In this document: positions 11,037 through 22,832 of the stretch, one piece after another
Layout: the number at the start of each line of letters is the position of its first letter
Position numbering within the stretch: position 1 is the first letter of the stretch
Assembly (NCBI RefSeq): GCF_000400465.1
Contig: NW_008806293.1
Location: 62,601-94,600 of the forward strand
Origin: Wallemia ichthyophaga EXF-994
Lineage: Eukaryota > Fungi > Basidiomycota
Direction: 5' to 3'
Length of the DNA stretch: 32,000 nt
Notes under the pieces: generated by a model
Told to the model about the DNA's origin: nothing
What the model saw: only the letters and a program-made list of their open reading frames with translations
The model's database searches: none
Program-made: the position numbers and the translations under genes

Positions 11037-12318
11037 ATGACTTTTAATGAGAATGTCGTGACGTATGAATCTGATAGTCCATCAACATCTACAAATTCAA
11101 CAAAGTCATCTACAAACTACTCAAATCTCATTCCAATTGATTGCTTACCTTTTCAACGAATCGCAAACGTCATTGAACCAACATGCTTAGACGAGAATAA
11201 TGAACCTTATTTATGTATGTTTTATGTCTTTTATACACTTTCTCTCACTCATTATCACTCAAGTTAACGCTTGGATTGTTAACCTCACTTCTCCAGTTCA
11301 AACCCGTGACCTTATTAGATTTTCAACTCATCACAGGCTTGAGGATAAAAAGTGTGAACGAACGAAGCATCTCCGTAGAATTAGAAAGGCTTTTCCTTAC
11401 GAGAATGTCGACTGTGGCCCACACACAGCCACTTCAAACCTCCCTGGCCTTGATTACTGCATCAGTGTACTTCTCGCTGAAGCCACTCCTGACTTGACCA
11501 AGGATAAAGTTAAGCAGCTCCTCTCACGAACCAGCGCACAAGTCACAGATCTAGACCCATACATACTTAAAGTTCCTTCGAGGAGGGCGACTACTGGTGA
11601 GGAGTACAATGCGTGTCAGAAATACTGGCCTGTTTCTTTTACCCCAAAAGCTCAATTCGTTAATGGTTTCACCTACGATTATTGGGATGTTCGCAAATTA
11701 GACTGGGTAATGAACGGTTTAGATAAAGCGAAATCATTGGCCTATGAAGCAAAGTCTCGTGGTGAACTTCCAATTGCCGCTCACGTCTCTTCTCCACCTA
11801 TAGAGATACCTGTGCCGCCAGGATATCCACCCCCGACGCCTAACATGACCGCTTTGGGTTACGATACAAGATGTAGCAGTGGGAATCCCTTGAACCATGC
11901 TATCTTTAATTGTGTGCGCAAAGTTGGTGAACTGCGCTACAAGGCGGATGCCGAAACGACGACAATCAACGGAAATGACAATGAGAAGCGCAGCAGTTCT
12001 ACGCAACCAAATACCACTGCCAACAATACACCCACCTTGTCAGGGTTAAACGCTTGTCAAAATGGCGCTGAATATCTATGTACCTCCCTCACACTCTTCT
12101 CCACTCATGAACCGTGCATGATGTGCGCCATGGCTTTGGTACATTCAAGAGTTAGGGATATTTACTTTCTCAAAAAGTCTACGTCGTCAGGTGGCTGCGG
12201 ATCTGTGTACGGTGTACACGAAATGCAAAACCTCAATCATCACTTTGAAGCCTGGTGTTTGAATAGTGAGCATCCTTTAAGTAACGGACTGGATTTAGAT
12301 GACCATATTAGCCCGTGA
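11037..12318 (+). CDS. TAD3: tRNA-specific adenosine-34 deaminase non-catalytic subunit Tad3/ADAT3; one intron near 11215-11260
   Basis: N-terminal region with L.HLRRIRK and ...YWPVSF; deaminase motifs PLNHAIFN (HAI in place of catalytic HAE) and YLCTSLTLFSTHEPCMMCAMALVHSRV...GGCGS...LNHHF. Confidence 0.92.
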
Positions 12319-12512
12319 AGTATGGCTCATTGGTTACTAATTAACCCCCTGATATATGTAATTGTCTGTACTTTTATTTCGACTTTCTTGTTTCTGTCGC
12401 ATACATTAAACACTTTGCATTGGTAGACTTGATTCATTTTATCTGATAGTTTAAATTGAAACTGATACACATACATTTATATACAAAAATTATACCCATG
12501 AATCAATGCTTT

Positions 12513-13639
12513 CTACTGATATCCGTCTGAGTACATTCCCGGCCTATATACAAATCCTGGCTCAGGCATCTGAGGATGGCTGAAAGGATCCTTGTGGTTT
12601 TCCTCCATCGACACTCTATCGTAAGGATTACCTGGTTCAGGTTCGAATGGATTGATAGTTTGACCGCTCGTCAGAGGTTCTGAGCTGTCATCGTATGGTC
12701 TCGATGTATTTGGTTGATACGTTTCCTTTGAGTAGCCGTAGCCTCCTGCTGCAGCTTCCTCATCCATATCTGGAGCTGTAAATGGTGGATCTCTTACGCC
12801 ACTCTTTCTGCCTTTTTTGATCAGAGTCTTGCTATTAAGCATGATTTCTGCGATTGATCCCATCCAACTAAAGAATACAATCCAGAATAGAATAGCTGCA
12901 GCCTTCTTCGTACCACAGAAGGTCGACAAGGCGTTCTTGAAATCATCACCTTTGCCTTCATGAGGATCGTCATCTGGATTCTCACATCCTGGTGTGGTGA
13001 AGGCAGATCCTGTGGTTATGGCTGCAAGTAGTAGGGAGATTAAGACACCAGCGCCGTTCAAAACCCATGCAGATCTGCGCTCTTTGAGAAATAGGTCTGC
13101 ATTCTAAGGAAATAACGCGTCAATTACGCGTCTTCGAAGGATAAAGAAAAGTCTACTCACCTTGAGCATATTCCTCTTCACGTAAAGCATTGGTATCGTG
13201 AATAAAACAGTCGACATTATCAGCAAAAGTAAGCTGACTGCTAAAGACAATCTATTGATCTGTGTAAGGATACTTTCTGTTGTTATTGCATATCACGCAC
13301 CCAGATAATCCAGAAGGACCAACTTCCCATTTAGCTTGAAATCCGGCAGTAGCAGCCCACATGATCAAACAGAGCAGACTGCTACCCATCTGGCAGCTTC
13401 TAATAATAATAGTAATCACCGACATTTTGGTATCCTTGAAAGGAAGTTTGTTAGATCAAGTTGAGTTTGGGCGTTGCAATTGAACTCACGCTAATTGACG
13501 CAATTGGAATTTCATGATATGTGTCTTCTTTGTTAGATCCACCAGTCATGAGAATATCGTGGGGATTTGATTCTTGCTTGTCAAGCTTAGGTGTTGGCGT
13601 GAAAAGGTGCTTTAGTCTTAGAGTGTATCCTTCGAGCAT
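12513..13639 (-). CDS. MARVEL-like four-TM membrane protein (several introns)
   Basis: Hydrophobic segments IIIRSCQMGSSLLCLIMWAATAGFQAKW, VLNGAGVLISLLLAAITTGSA and C-x-TKKAAAILFWIVFFSW, with a P/Y-rich cytoplasmic tail. An intron at about 13435-13489 (GTGAGT...CTAAC...AAG) links ORF 13451-13639 in frame; the alternative start is ATG 13425. Confidence 0.6.
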
Positions 13640-13672
13640 TCTGAGTTGGAAAGTGTTTAGATTCTAAATTAA

Positions 13673-13769
13673 ACGCGTAATTTATACATACTTTAATATA
13701 TTTTCTTATTTTACGCGTAAATTCTTTCCGTTAGTCCTATTTGTGTTGTTCGATTGAGCAAAGACGCGT
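13673..13769. promoter_or_regulatory. Cluster of three MCB-like elements (ACGCGT) in the MARVEL/LSM2 divergent intergenic region
   Basis: ACGCGT at 13673-13678, 13713-13718 (within the palindrome TTACGCGTAA) and 13764-13769 in AT-rich DNA. Function is inferred from fungal MBF/APSES biology. Confidence 0.4.
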
Positions 13770-14044
13770 AGCGCAAGCATAGCGCAGAGTAAGAAAATAT
13801 TCTAAAATGAGTCGATATACATATATGAAAATAATAATAAGCAACAGATTCATCATTCTTTGTCGTCTCTGACTTGTAATTCCACTTGCCACATCGGTAC
13901 ATAGTGAATTGAGTCGGAGCATGTGACAATGCATCTGTGATGAAATGTACTTACGACTGCCAGCTTTCCTCCAAGCTTCAACTAAATAATTCATATCCAA
14001 TAAAATCAAGGTTGTCAGCTGACTTCCACGATAAGAAATTTGAT

Positions 14045-14473
14045 ATGGTGAGCGAATAACGAATGATATATATCAGATATTCACAGTCACGTCAGCTGAT
14101 ATTCTCAGTATTTAAAACGCTCACAGAGCAGACGGTTACTGGTGAGTGTTGCGTGTTGATACCTAGCCAAATGGCTGAGATTATGAGTAAAGTTGAATTG
14201 AAGAATGATTTGTGTTTGATTGGCACTCTGAAATCTGTGGACCAGTTCCTAAATATCAAGCTAGACAACGTTAAAGTCCTCGATGAACAAAGATATCCTC
14301 ATATGGTGAGATTATTTAGATTTATACCAAGCATACACCTAATAGACTTTCAGATGGCTATAAAGAACACTTTCATTAGAGGCTCTGTAGTTAGATACGT
14401 CCAGCTACCTTCGGAATCAATCGACACTCAACTACTTCAAGATGCAACTCGCAGAGAATCTACACGCACATAA
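14045..14473 (+). CDS. LSM2: U6 snRNA-associated Sm-like protein LSm2; introns 14048-14095, 14142-14192, 14306-14353
   Basis: M|LIFSVFKTLTEQTVT|VELKNDLCLIGTLKSVDQFLNIKLDNVKVLDEQRYPHM|MAIKNTFIRGSVVRYVQLP...DTQLLQDATRRE. Confidence 0.97.
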
Positions 14474-14548
14474 TATCTAACCCAATAACTTCAAAAGATC
14501 TGTATTTATGCATATACTTTATTTTTTATATAAATAGTCTATTCACCT

Positions 14549-17500
14549 TCAAGAAAGCTCTATTGACATTCTAATACCCATACATGCAAGTTCCGACGCT
14601 AGATACCTCAACACGTATGGAACTGCTACTACGTCCATGTTACCACCTTTGCCAATGTTCAACTCCTTCGACAATGGCAGTATGATATCACTTTTTCTCT
14701 TCACTTGAGTTGCCTCGCCATCCATTTCTCCCTTGTCCTCCTCCTGTTGAGCTTGACGACATACGCGACAATACTCTCCAGTTGGTCCTTGAGGAAGTTG
14801 TGACGCTCTTGTGTCTCTCTCATCCGTGTATCCTAGTGAAATTAAACTACCGCAGTCTCTGCATACCCATGCTGTTGAGTAGTCGGAGCAATTCATCAAT
14901 CTGTCTTGCAGCAAGAAAGATGTACCATGAGCAATAAGCGCATCTCTCTCCATTTCTCCCAATCTAATACCACCGTGACGCTTACGTCCCTTTTGTACTT
15001 ATTAGCCAGGGTAATAATTTAAAATAAGCCCAACGCACCTTAATTGGCTGACGTGTGAGCTGATCAACCGGCCCGAGCGTTCTAACTTGATACTTGTCAT
15101 TAACCATGTGTCTCAATCTTTGGTAGTAAACACATCCAAGATATATATCAGCAGGGAATTCTTCACCAGTTACACCGGAATACATTGGTTCGTTTCCGTG
15201 ATAATTGTACCCAGCAGCCTTCAGCTGATCACCAAAGTACTCGACAGGCGTATCGCTTTCGTTGAAGTTAAATGGCGTACCATCCTGCGCCAAACCGTGC
15301 AATGCACCAGCCTTACCTGCGATGGACTCTACAAACATACCAATGGTCATTCTAGATGGGAAAGCGTGAGGATTAATGATAACGTCTGGCTGCAAACCTG
15401 ATTCTGAGAATGGCAGGTCAATCTTCTTCCATCTCTGTGACATAACACCCTTTTGTCCATGTCTAGAACTGAACTTATCACCAACAACAGGTGATCTAGG
15501 TATACGGATCTTAAAGTGAATCTTTTGCAACTCAGAGTCACCACCGTCTGAACCCAGCAAACGAATTTCGTCAATGTAGGCATCTTCATCTCCTTTATAT
15601 TTCTCAACCATTGTTCTCTGTGTGGTTTCATCTATGTACGCGCAAATTGGATCGCCGGAAGTTACTTTGACGCCGGATGGCACTATACCATCGTCGTCAA
15701 GCGTTTCTCTCCATTCCCTCTTTGCGTCAGCACCCAAACCAAAGTGCAGACTTGGTGTTGACTTTGATTTGTTTGCTCCTCTCATCTCACGGAGATCCAC
15801 AATTTGAGATTTGTACACTGTACCATAACCAAATCCTCTTTCATGTGCTGACTTATTGATTATCATAGCATCCTCCATATCGTAACCGGTATACGACAAT
15901 ACGGCAACAATTGCATTAGCACCTTGAGGGAAATTATCCATACCGTAATTGTTGTGCAGGTTTGGCCTAACGATTGGTGATTGACCGTTTTGAATTCTAT
16001 ATAACTTGTTATCCGTTCTTCTCATTATAGCTGTTGAAGGTGTACCCATTGTTTGCTTAGCCATCTGGCATTGGTACATGTTTCTTGGTGATTGATTGAA
16101 ATCGGAGAACGGTGTCATATTTGCGACAACCGATAAAACGTTCGTTGGTGTAAATTCAACATGTGTAGATATTCCCTTCTCAATCTCTTTTGGAACACAA
16201 GCGACGTCCATGTAAACCTGTTCGAATGAACCCAAGTGATCTAATTTACCGTTGGCAAGGTACTTAACCGGTCTCATCATTCTAGCTCTTGAGGTGAACA
16301 GGTAGAGACCTGGATATTGACCTCCTTTAGACGATGGTACTAAACCAATTTCCATATTCAACGGCACGTCATGTAATCCTTCAGTCTTCCAGATACGCAG
16401 GGCCTCTGCCATGTGCTTGACGTCTGAAGTGTTGGCCCATCCAATCACTCTACCGTCAAGATGTATAGCGACGTGTGTTCTTCTATCAACTGTGAATATA
16501 AATGGCTGAATCATACCCAAACCTGAGAGCAGTGCTGGGATTTTAGATGCACTTTCTTCCAGGTTTTCGGTTGTAACTTTACACGATCTGGAAAGATGGT
16601 TAAGAAGACCACATGGAGCACCATCTGGTGTGTGTACTGGACACAAGAATCCCCAAGCCTCAGGAAGGAGCTTTCTAACAGCTGTTGTCTTTAATTCAGC
16701 AAAGAAAGCACCTCTATGTATACATCTAAAGTGTGAGAGATATCTGTAGAAGTTGAGCTTTTCAGCCATGATTGTGAAACCAGTAGCTTGTTGTAAATCT
16801 AAACCAGATGGTGAAACAAGATTACCAGTAGCTAAAAAGTAATTAAGTTTTTGTCCAATATCAAAGTTCGTTCTCTGTATGACTTTGTTGACATACTTGT
16901 CGTCGCTTAAATTGGTCGAGCTAACTTGTCGTCTGAGGTCTTGTCTAATCTGAGCAGAGGCAGCTATTAAACACTCATCCAACTTCTCCTTTATTATTTG
17001 ACCATACAAAAAGCCAGGCATGAGTACTTCGTGTAGTTGAGGGGAATCTGGATTATCTGCGCAACTTTCACCACTGACTAGGGAGTAGAGCTTTTGTAGC
17101 ATGAAAAGCAACATTCTATACTTGTCTTCAGGTGTTTTAAGGTGGACGAGGATACATCTCTCAATGAGGTGTTGACCAACTTGAATATCGGACCAATCAT
17201 CTGGACAGCCCAATACGACTCTAAACTTAGATCCTAAGTAGAACAAGCATTGATCTTTGGTGTATAGTCTGAATGGCTTGAATCCTCTTAACAAAAGTTC
17301 AACACGATCAGTCAAGAAAGTGTTATCGTAGTCTTTTTGAATGATTCCTTCAAAAATATCCCTATCAGAAGCAGAGCTGAGTGCTTTCATGACCATGATA
17401 ACTGGAATCATGTATTCGTTCTTTCTCCATGCAAATCTGAGAGTAGCGCCACCATTACTGAGATAATGCATAGTATTTGTTGTTGAAGTTTGATCAGGTC

Positions 17501-18236
17501 TAACGCAACGAATCTGTACACCAAATTCGGTGTATGTTGGGCCTCTATTAGCGAAACTAGGTCTAATGATTGAAGTTACGTAATGTCTTCTCGGAACGAC
17601 GAGCAATCTCATTAACTTTTCATTACCGTTAATAATGAAATAACCGCCCATTTCATCTGATTCTTCGTGCTTTGCTACTAATTCTGCTGAGGACATTTTC
17701 TGCAAATTGCATCTTTCTGATCTAACCATGACAGGAACTGATCCGCACTCTCTAATGAACTCTGTCTTTACTTGACCATCAACCTTGAGTTGAATTTTAA
17801 CGCTCATACGTGATTTGTAGGTTGTGAGTCTCTCTCTTGCCTGTAGTGTAGGTAATAAGGTGAGTTTCGAAGATTTTGAAACGAATCAAGCTCACCTCGA
17901 ATGGGAAAACTCGTCTATCTAAAGAATTCTTATCTTTATCGAGTACCATAGGTTTGGCAATGTTTAATTGCTTATAAGTCACTTAAATGGATGAGCGAGA
18001 AGAACACGATAAAACGACGACTAACATTCAAGCCTGTGTTTATCATCGATGACAACTCTAGAAGGAATATCTCTAAGAGCTTTATCGAGCAGTCCTTCAT
18101 CGCCATTTGAATCCTTGAAGAGCATATTGAAGCTGTCTACGTGAGGCTTTACCAGCTCCTGCAGAATTGGATAATTATTCCCTTTCGCCGAGGGATTTGT
18201 GAATTTCTTTTCCCTCTCGAGCGTGTGAAACGACAT
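14549..18236 (-). CDS. RPA135: RNA polymerase I second-largest subunit (RPA135/RPA2), several short introns
   Basis: FHTLEREKKF, GGYFIINGNEKLMRLLVVPRRH, HRGAFFAELKTTAVRKLLPEAWGFLCPVHTPDGAPCGLLNH, NQSPRNMYQCQMAKQTMG, YTGYDMEDAM, GDKFSSRHGQKG, YYQRLRHMVNDK, GEMERD and C-terminal Zn site CRDC...CRVC. The start is ATG 18236, or the in-frame ATG at 18278. Confidence 0.97.
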
Positions 18237-18276
18237 GGTGGTTACAGCACAAGAAGATTCTTCATCTTGAACTTCC

Positions 18277-19799
18277 ATGAGGATAGCAATTTTACACCCA
18301 GATTTAGGAATTGGTTTGTATGGTTTTAGATTATACGCCCATCTCTCACTCTTCTTTCAGGCGGCGCAGAAAGACTGATCGTCGATGCAGCGCTCAGTTT
18401 GCAATCCAGGGGACACAGCGTTGATATATTCACAAGCTACCACGATCCCTGTCACGCATTCAACGAGACCAAAGATGGTACTCTTAATGTCCACGTTCTC
18501 GGCGATTGGTTTCCGCGCTCTTTTTGGGGTTATTTGCACATAGTATCCGCAATCGTACGACAGATACATCTAGCTATATTGCTTATGATCTCTATTACCC
18601 TCTCAATCATCATTTCTCCTAATATGTCCTTCTCCGTTTGGTATAAACCCACACAGCGATACGATGTTATCTTGGTCGATCAGCTCTCTGCAGCCATTCC
18701 CTTACTCAGACTTTGGCTAAAGACTCCAGTCGTATTTTACTGTCACTTCCCTGACAAATTACTCGCAAGTGGCTCTATAGCACCTGTTAGCGGCGATGGC
18801 AAGACCATTTACCCGGCTCAAATGTCCACGCTTAAGCAGCTATATAGAATACCCATGGATAGGTTTGAGGAGTTCTCTACCGCTGATGCTGATGCTTTAA
18901 TCGCCAATTCTCAATTTACAAGCAATGTTATCAAGAATACGTTTGTCGATATAACCCACTCACCTATCGTTATATACCCTTCAGTAGACACTACTGATCT
19001 TGTAGGAAGCGCAGGTGATTTGAATGGGTGCGTGACTATCTTACACGTTTTCAACTACTAAAATAGCTCAAGTGCGCGCATCTTCCTATCTATCAATAGG
19101 TTTGAACCAAAAAAGAATGTCAACTTGGCTATAGAAGCACACGCTAAGCTCATCGAGAATGTTGGAAAACAAGAAAGAAACTACTTGAGTCTTGCATTGG
19201 CTGGCGGATACGATGCTAGACTACCATCTAACGTAGACTGCGTACAAAACCTGGAGAAGTTGTGCAAGGTTCATTCACTTGTGTGTTCGTTTATTGACGA
19301 AGCAAATGCAATAAATCCCAACGACGGTATCGATGTTTATTTCATGTTGAATATCAGCACACAAACCAAGAAAACATTACTCAACTCATCCTCTACAATT
19401 GCACTTCTTTACACTCCCACCAATGAACATTTTGGCATTGTTCCTGTCGAGGCGATGGCATGTGGGAAGCCCGTTCTCGCTACAAATACAGGTGGTCCGG
19501 TTGAGAGTGTTAAAGATGGTGAAACGGGGTATTTGCTCCCTTCTGATCCACTACAATGGTCACATAGGATGAAAAATATGCTCTCATCATCTAATCAAGA
19601 GACGAGCATTAGTTGCTGCAAAGCCAGAGTTGAGGAGCTATTCACTCTCAAACGAGCAGGCGAAAAATTTGAACAGGTCTTAGTGGAAGCCGTTAGCCAC
19701 GGTCTCACTAATCAACGCGAAAGAGGAGCTCTACTGCAAGGAAGTGTTATGCTCTTTTTTGTGACTACATTCATTGTCTTATTGATGATGATCATCTAG
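18277..19799 (+). CDS. ALG2: Alpha-1,3/1,6-mannosyltransferase Alg2 (GT4); introns 18314-18360 and 19028-19066
   Basis: [13 protein letters not shown]|[88 protein letters not shown]-terminal TM. An in-frame TGA lies just upstream of the ATG. Confidence 0.96.
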
Positions 19800-19897
19800 A
19801 CAAGATTGTTCCACTGTATTCTTACTGTAAAAAGTGTATGTGTAGTAATACAAAATTCGTAATGAAGAGAAATATTAATAATACTATTGAGGGACTG

Positions 19898-20883
19898 TCA
19901 ATTCAAATTCAAGAGGAAGGTTATCGTCGCTGCCGCACCCAGGCTGACACCTAGAGCGCCACCTACAATCCCAGCAGTGAGATTTTGCTTGTATTCAGCT
20001 GGTGGTTTGTTGACCGTCTTGTCAGTGAAGTTTGAAGACTTTGATTTCTTGAGCTTGTTTGTCCTGATCCTGGCGAATCTGAACGCTTCCTTGCGTTTAG
20101 CGATTTGGAGTCTCTTGTTTATAATTTCGCTCTTTATGGATTCCAGTCTTATTTCTTTAAGGTCATATGCTAGTGAATCGAGGGTGCTAGACTGTGCTGT
20201 AAGCTGGTCTTCAAGGTGTGCAATTTGAGAACGAAGAAGTAAATCAGAGCCACATTTGAGGCTGTTGGGGTTAATAGTTGATGACTCAGAGGGAATTTCA
20301 TTGGTAACATCATTACCTGATCTGATTGTTTGGTTTGGCTCTGGATAGTAAACCTCATAATCATCGTCATGCTCTCCCTCATCATCATAATCATAGTATT
20401 TGCTCTCTTCATCGTCAAAGCTACCTCCAGTTGCGTTATTCACACTAGTTTCACGCTCATTATCAGCATGATCAAGATTTTCACTGATATCGCTCAAGTC
20501 CGCAGAGAATACGTTGGATGGCGAGTCAGCTTTGACAGTGACAGTGACAGGCTTAAAAATCTTATCGCGAATCTTGAGGCGCTTGCTTAATTGCAATTTG
20601 AAACCGCTTTCAATCTTGACCGGCTCAGGGGTAAGTTGAGTGACTTGCCCAGTGATACAATCGACGAGAAATGAACCATGCAAGCTTCCTGTATCTTTGT
20701 AAAAGATTGAATTCCCTTCAAGCTGCGATACAATAAGCTGATGTCATTCACACAGCAGTTACGATGACGCACCCAGAGTAGTCCATGGGCTTTTGATACT
20801 ATCTTGGACTTGAAGAGGTCTCTACCGATGACCTGCTTGTCGCTGACTGGAATAATTTTACCAGATTCAGTTATCAGCCTCAT
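19898..20883 (-). CDS. FHA-domain protein with coiled coil and C-terminal TM anchor (SLMAP/Far10-like architecture); intron 20723-20772
   Basis: The spliced N-terminus VIGRDLFKSKIVSKAHGLLW|LEGNSIFYKDTGSLHGSFLVD carries FHA motifs (GR, SxxH, DxGSxxGS). It is followed by an acidic linker, a heptad region (LRSQIAHLEDQL...LKEIRLE) and the hydrophobic tail AGIVGGALGVSLGAAATITFLLNLN. Confidence 0.7.
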
Positions 20884-20966
20884 TGTATACACTAAAGAGC
20901 AGGCTAAAACAGTAAAACGTATACAAGTGATGATATTAAATACAATAAACGCAATAATGCTACATT

Positions 20967-21980
20967 TCAATCAGCTAAACACTGCTGGTCACAGATTGTT
21001 GATTTCATTTTCTGACTTGAAAGTTCTATGTCGAACAATTTAACCTCATTTAAAGCGTGTAAGGCTGCAATTGCATTCAATCTACCAGTCTCCACTGCTT
21101 GCTTCCTTTCCAACCTCAACTTCTCTAGCTGATCATCCAACTCAACCGTTGCGCTACCTCTTATCTTTGGCTCGCGAGCTGGTTTTGGCGGGCTGTCTGG
21201 ATAAACTATCTCCTTTGTAATGCTGGTATTTGAAATGCGCGTTTTTGTGTGCAATCTCCCAGGCTTATCGTCGAAAGCTGTAACTTCAGGCGTGCGAGGG
21301 CTGCGTGAGGTAGTTGTAGGCGAGTAGCTAGAATGGCGTTGATGGTAATTTGAATTAATTGAAGGGATACGAGGCCTAGCTGGTGGAGGATGGATTATCT
21401 GCGGGGATGGTTCGATGACTGTCTCCTCTTTCAGCTCACCCTCTTCGCCATCATCGTGGTCTCTGGTAATCACTTCACGGGTGACGCTGCTAGGTGATGG
21501 GAGAGGAGAGTCATAAGATGTGTTTATAGGCGGTGGCCTGTGATTATGACTGTGGTTAAGGCTGTGTGCGCTTGGGTGACTGTATGAATGCGAGTGGTAG
21601 CTATCGTAGTCTCTTCCGCCGCCGCCACCTCTATAACCACCTCTACCACCACTATATGGCTTGCGTGAGGGAATGTATCGCGGCGGGCTTCTCGGTGGTC
21701 TGTTCCTACTCAAGTGGTCGTCTCTCCAGCCAGGACTTGGCCTATAGAAGCCTCTCCTAAACCCACCACCACGATATCCGCCTCTGTCATATCCACCTCT
21801 GTCGCTGTATCCACCTCTATCGCTGTGGTGCTTATCAGGATGAGTAACCCAATCGCCTCAGAATCAGACTAACCTGTAGCCACCTCCGTAACTTCGAGGC
21901 GCAGGCGGTGGTCTTCTATCAAATTCATAGCCCCTGTATGCTCTAGGCGGTGGTGATCTCGATGTATTTCTCCCGGACAT
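20967..21980 (-). CDS. Hypothetical low-complexity RGG/RGY- and SP-rich protein with C-terminal helical segment; intron 21823-21873
   Basis: MSGRNTSRSPPPRAYRGYEFDRRPPPAPRSYGGGY|SDRGGYSDRGGYDRGGYRGGG... runs in frame into ORF 20967-21713. The intron has a GTTAGT donor, CTGAT branch and CAG acceptor. Confidence 0.7.
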
Positions 21981-22308
21981 CTGATAGTTTGCAAATAAGA
22001 AGGAAGACAAGAAGCGTTATGGATTAAAATCTAATCACAAATCTACCAGAACTCTTGCTAGTATTTTTGAATGGTTCCTTCACTTGATTTATTCCAATTA
22101 TCCTAATTGTATTTCACATCGAGTACGTACTTCCTGCAATACACGAGGTCAATTCCCATATCCGTAAGGCAAATTGTTGAGGTCTGCGAACTGCTACTAA
22201 AATGTTCATATTTCGTCTATGTATGAATGCAGATGCACCCGCCTAGCACGCTTCTTCGCATTATTGTTCTGATCCGCTAACGATATGGGTCAAGAGAAAT
22301 ACTTTTAT

Positions 22309-22336
22309 TTCCCTGGTTATACTTCCCTGGTTATAC
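22309..22336 (+). repeat. 14-bp perfect tandem duplication (TTCCCTGGTTATAC)x2
   Basis: Seen directly at 22309-22322 and 22323-22336 in intergenic DNA. Confidence 0.9.
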
Positions 22337-22832
22337 TTCACAAGCCACACAATCCTAGAATAGTGACGTTTTTGCTTACCACGTTTAAGCGCACTGAGAC
22401 AAGTGAAAATATTCCCAGACTGATTTGGACTTTGAGCTATTCCTGATTACAGTAATACCTGAGGAAATCATAAGCGTCTGCTCCATAGCCACATTTTGCC
22501 GTCAAGGAACAAGAGCTGAGGGAGGAGAATTCACGGAATGAGACCAGCGCCGCCTCTGACAAGACAGTAGCATTAGCCATGTAACATCTATTGAACGGAC
22601 TATGTCTGCAGTTGTAGTACTGCGAACCAACCCAAACCTACGCGCTGGCCTACGATCAAACTCGATTCGCTGGTGGCGATGAGAGCGTTCACGACTGTCA
22701 CTGCAGGTGGGCAGCTGCATAGAATCAACCAACCTATCGCAGCTCATCGTTGCAAACTTACTGACGTCAGATGGAGTGACGTCGGTTATTTCCAAGGAAT
22801 TTCCAAAGAATTTCCAAGTCTTCTGTACAGTC

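Noticed and set aside
11830-11900. TAD3 lacks the catalytic glutamate (HAI instead of HAE), a possible pseudo-enzyme or pseudogene
   Set aside because: This is the normal, established feature of the non-catalytic Tad3/ADAT3 subunit.
22385-22465. Four CTGA motifs with upstream segments such as TTTGAGCTATTC, a possible snoRNA guide
   Set aside because: No canonical box C, no terminal stem and no match to a methylation site I can confirm; likely chance.
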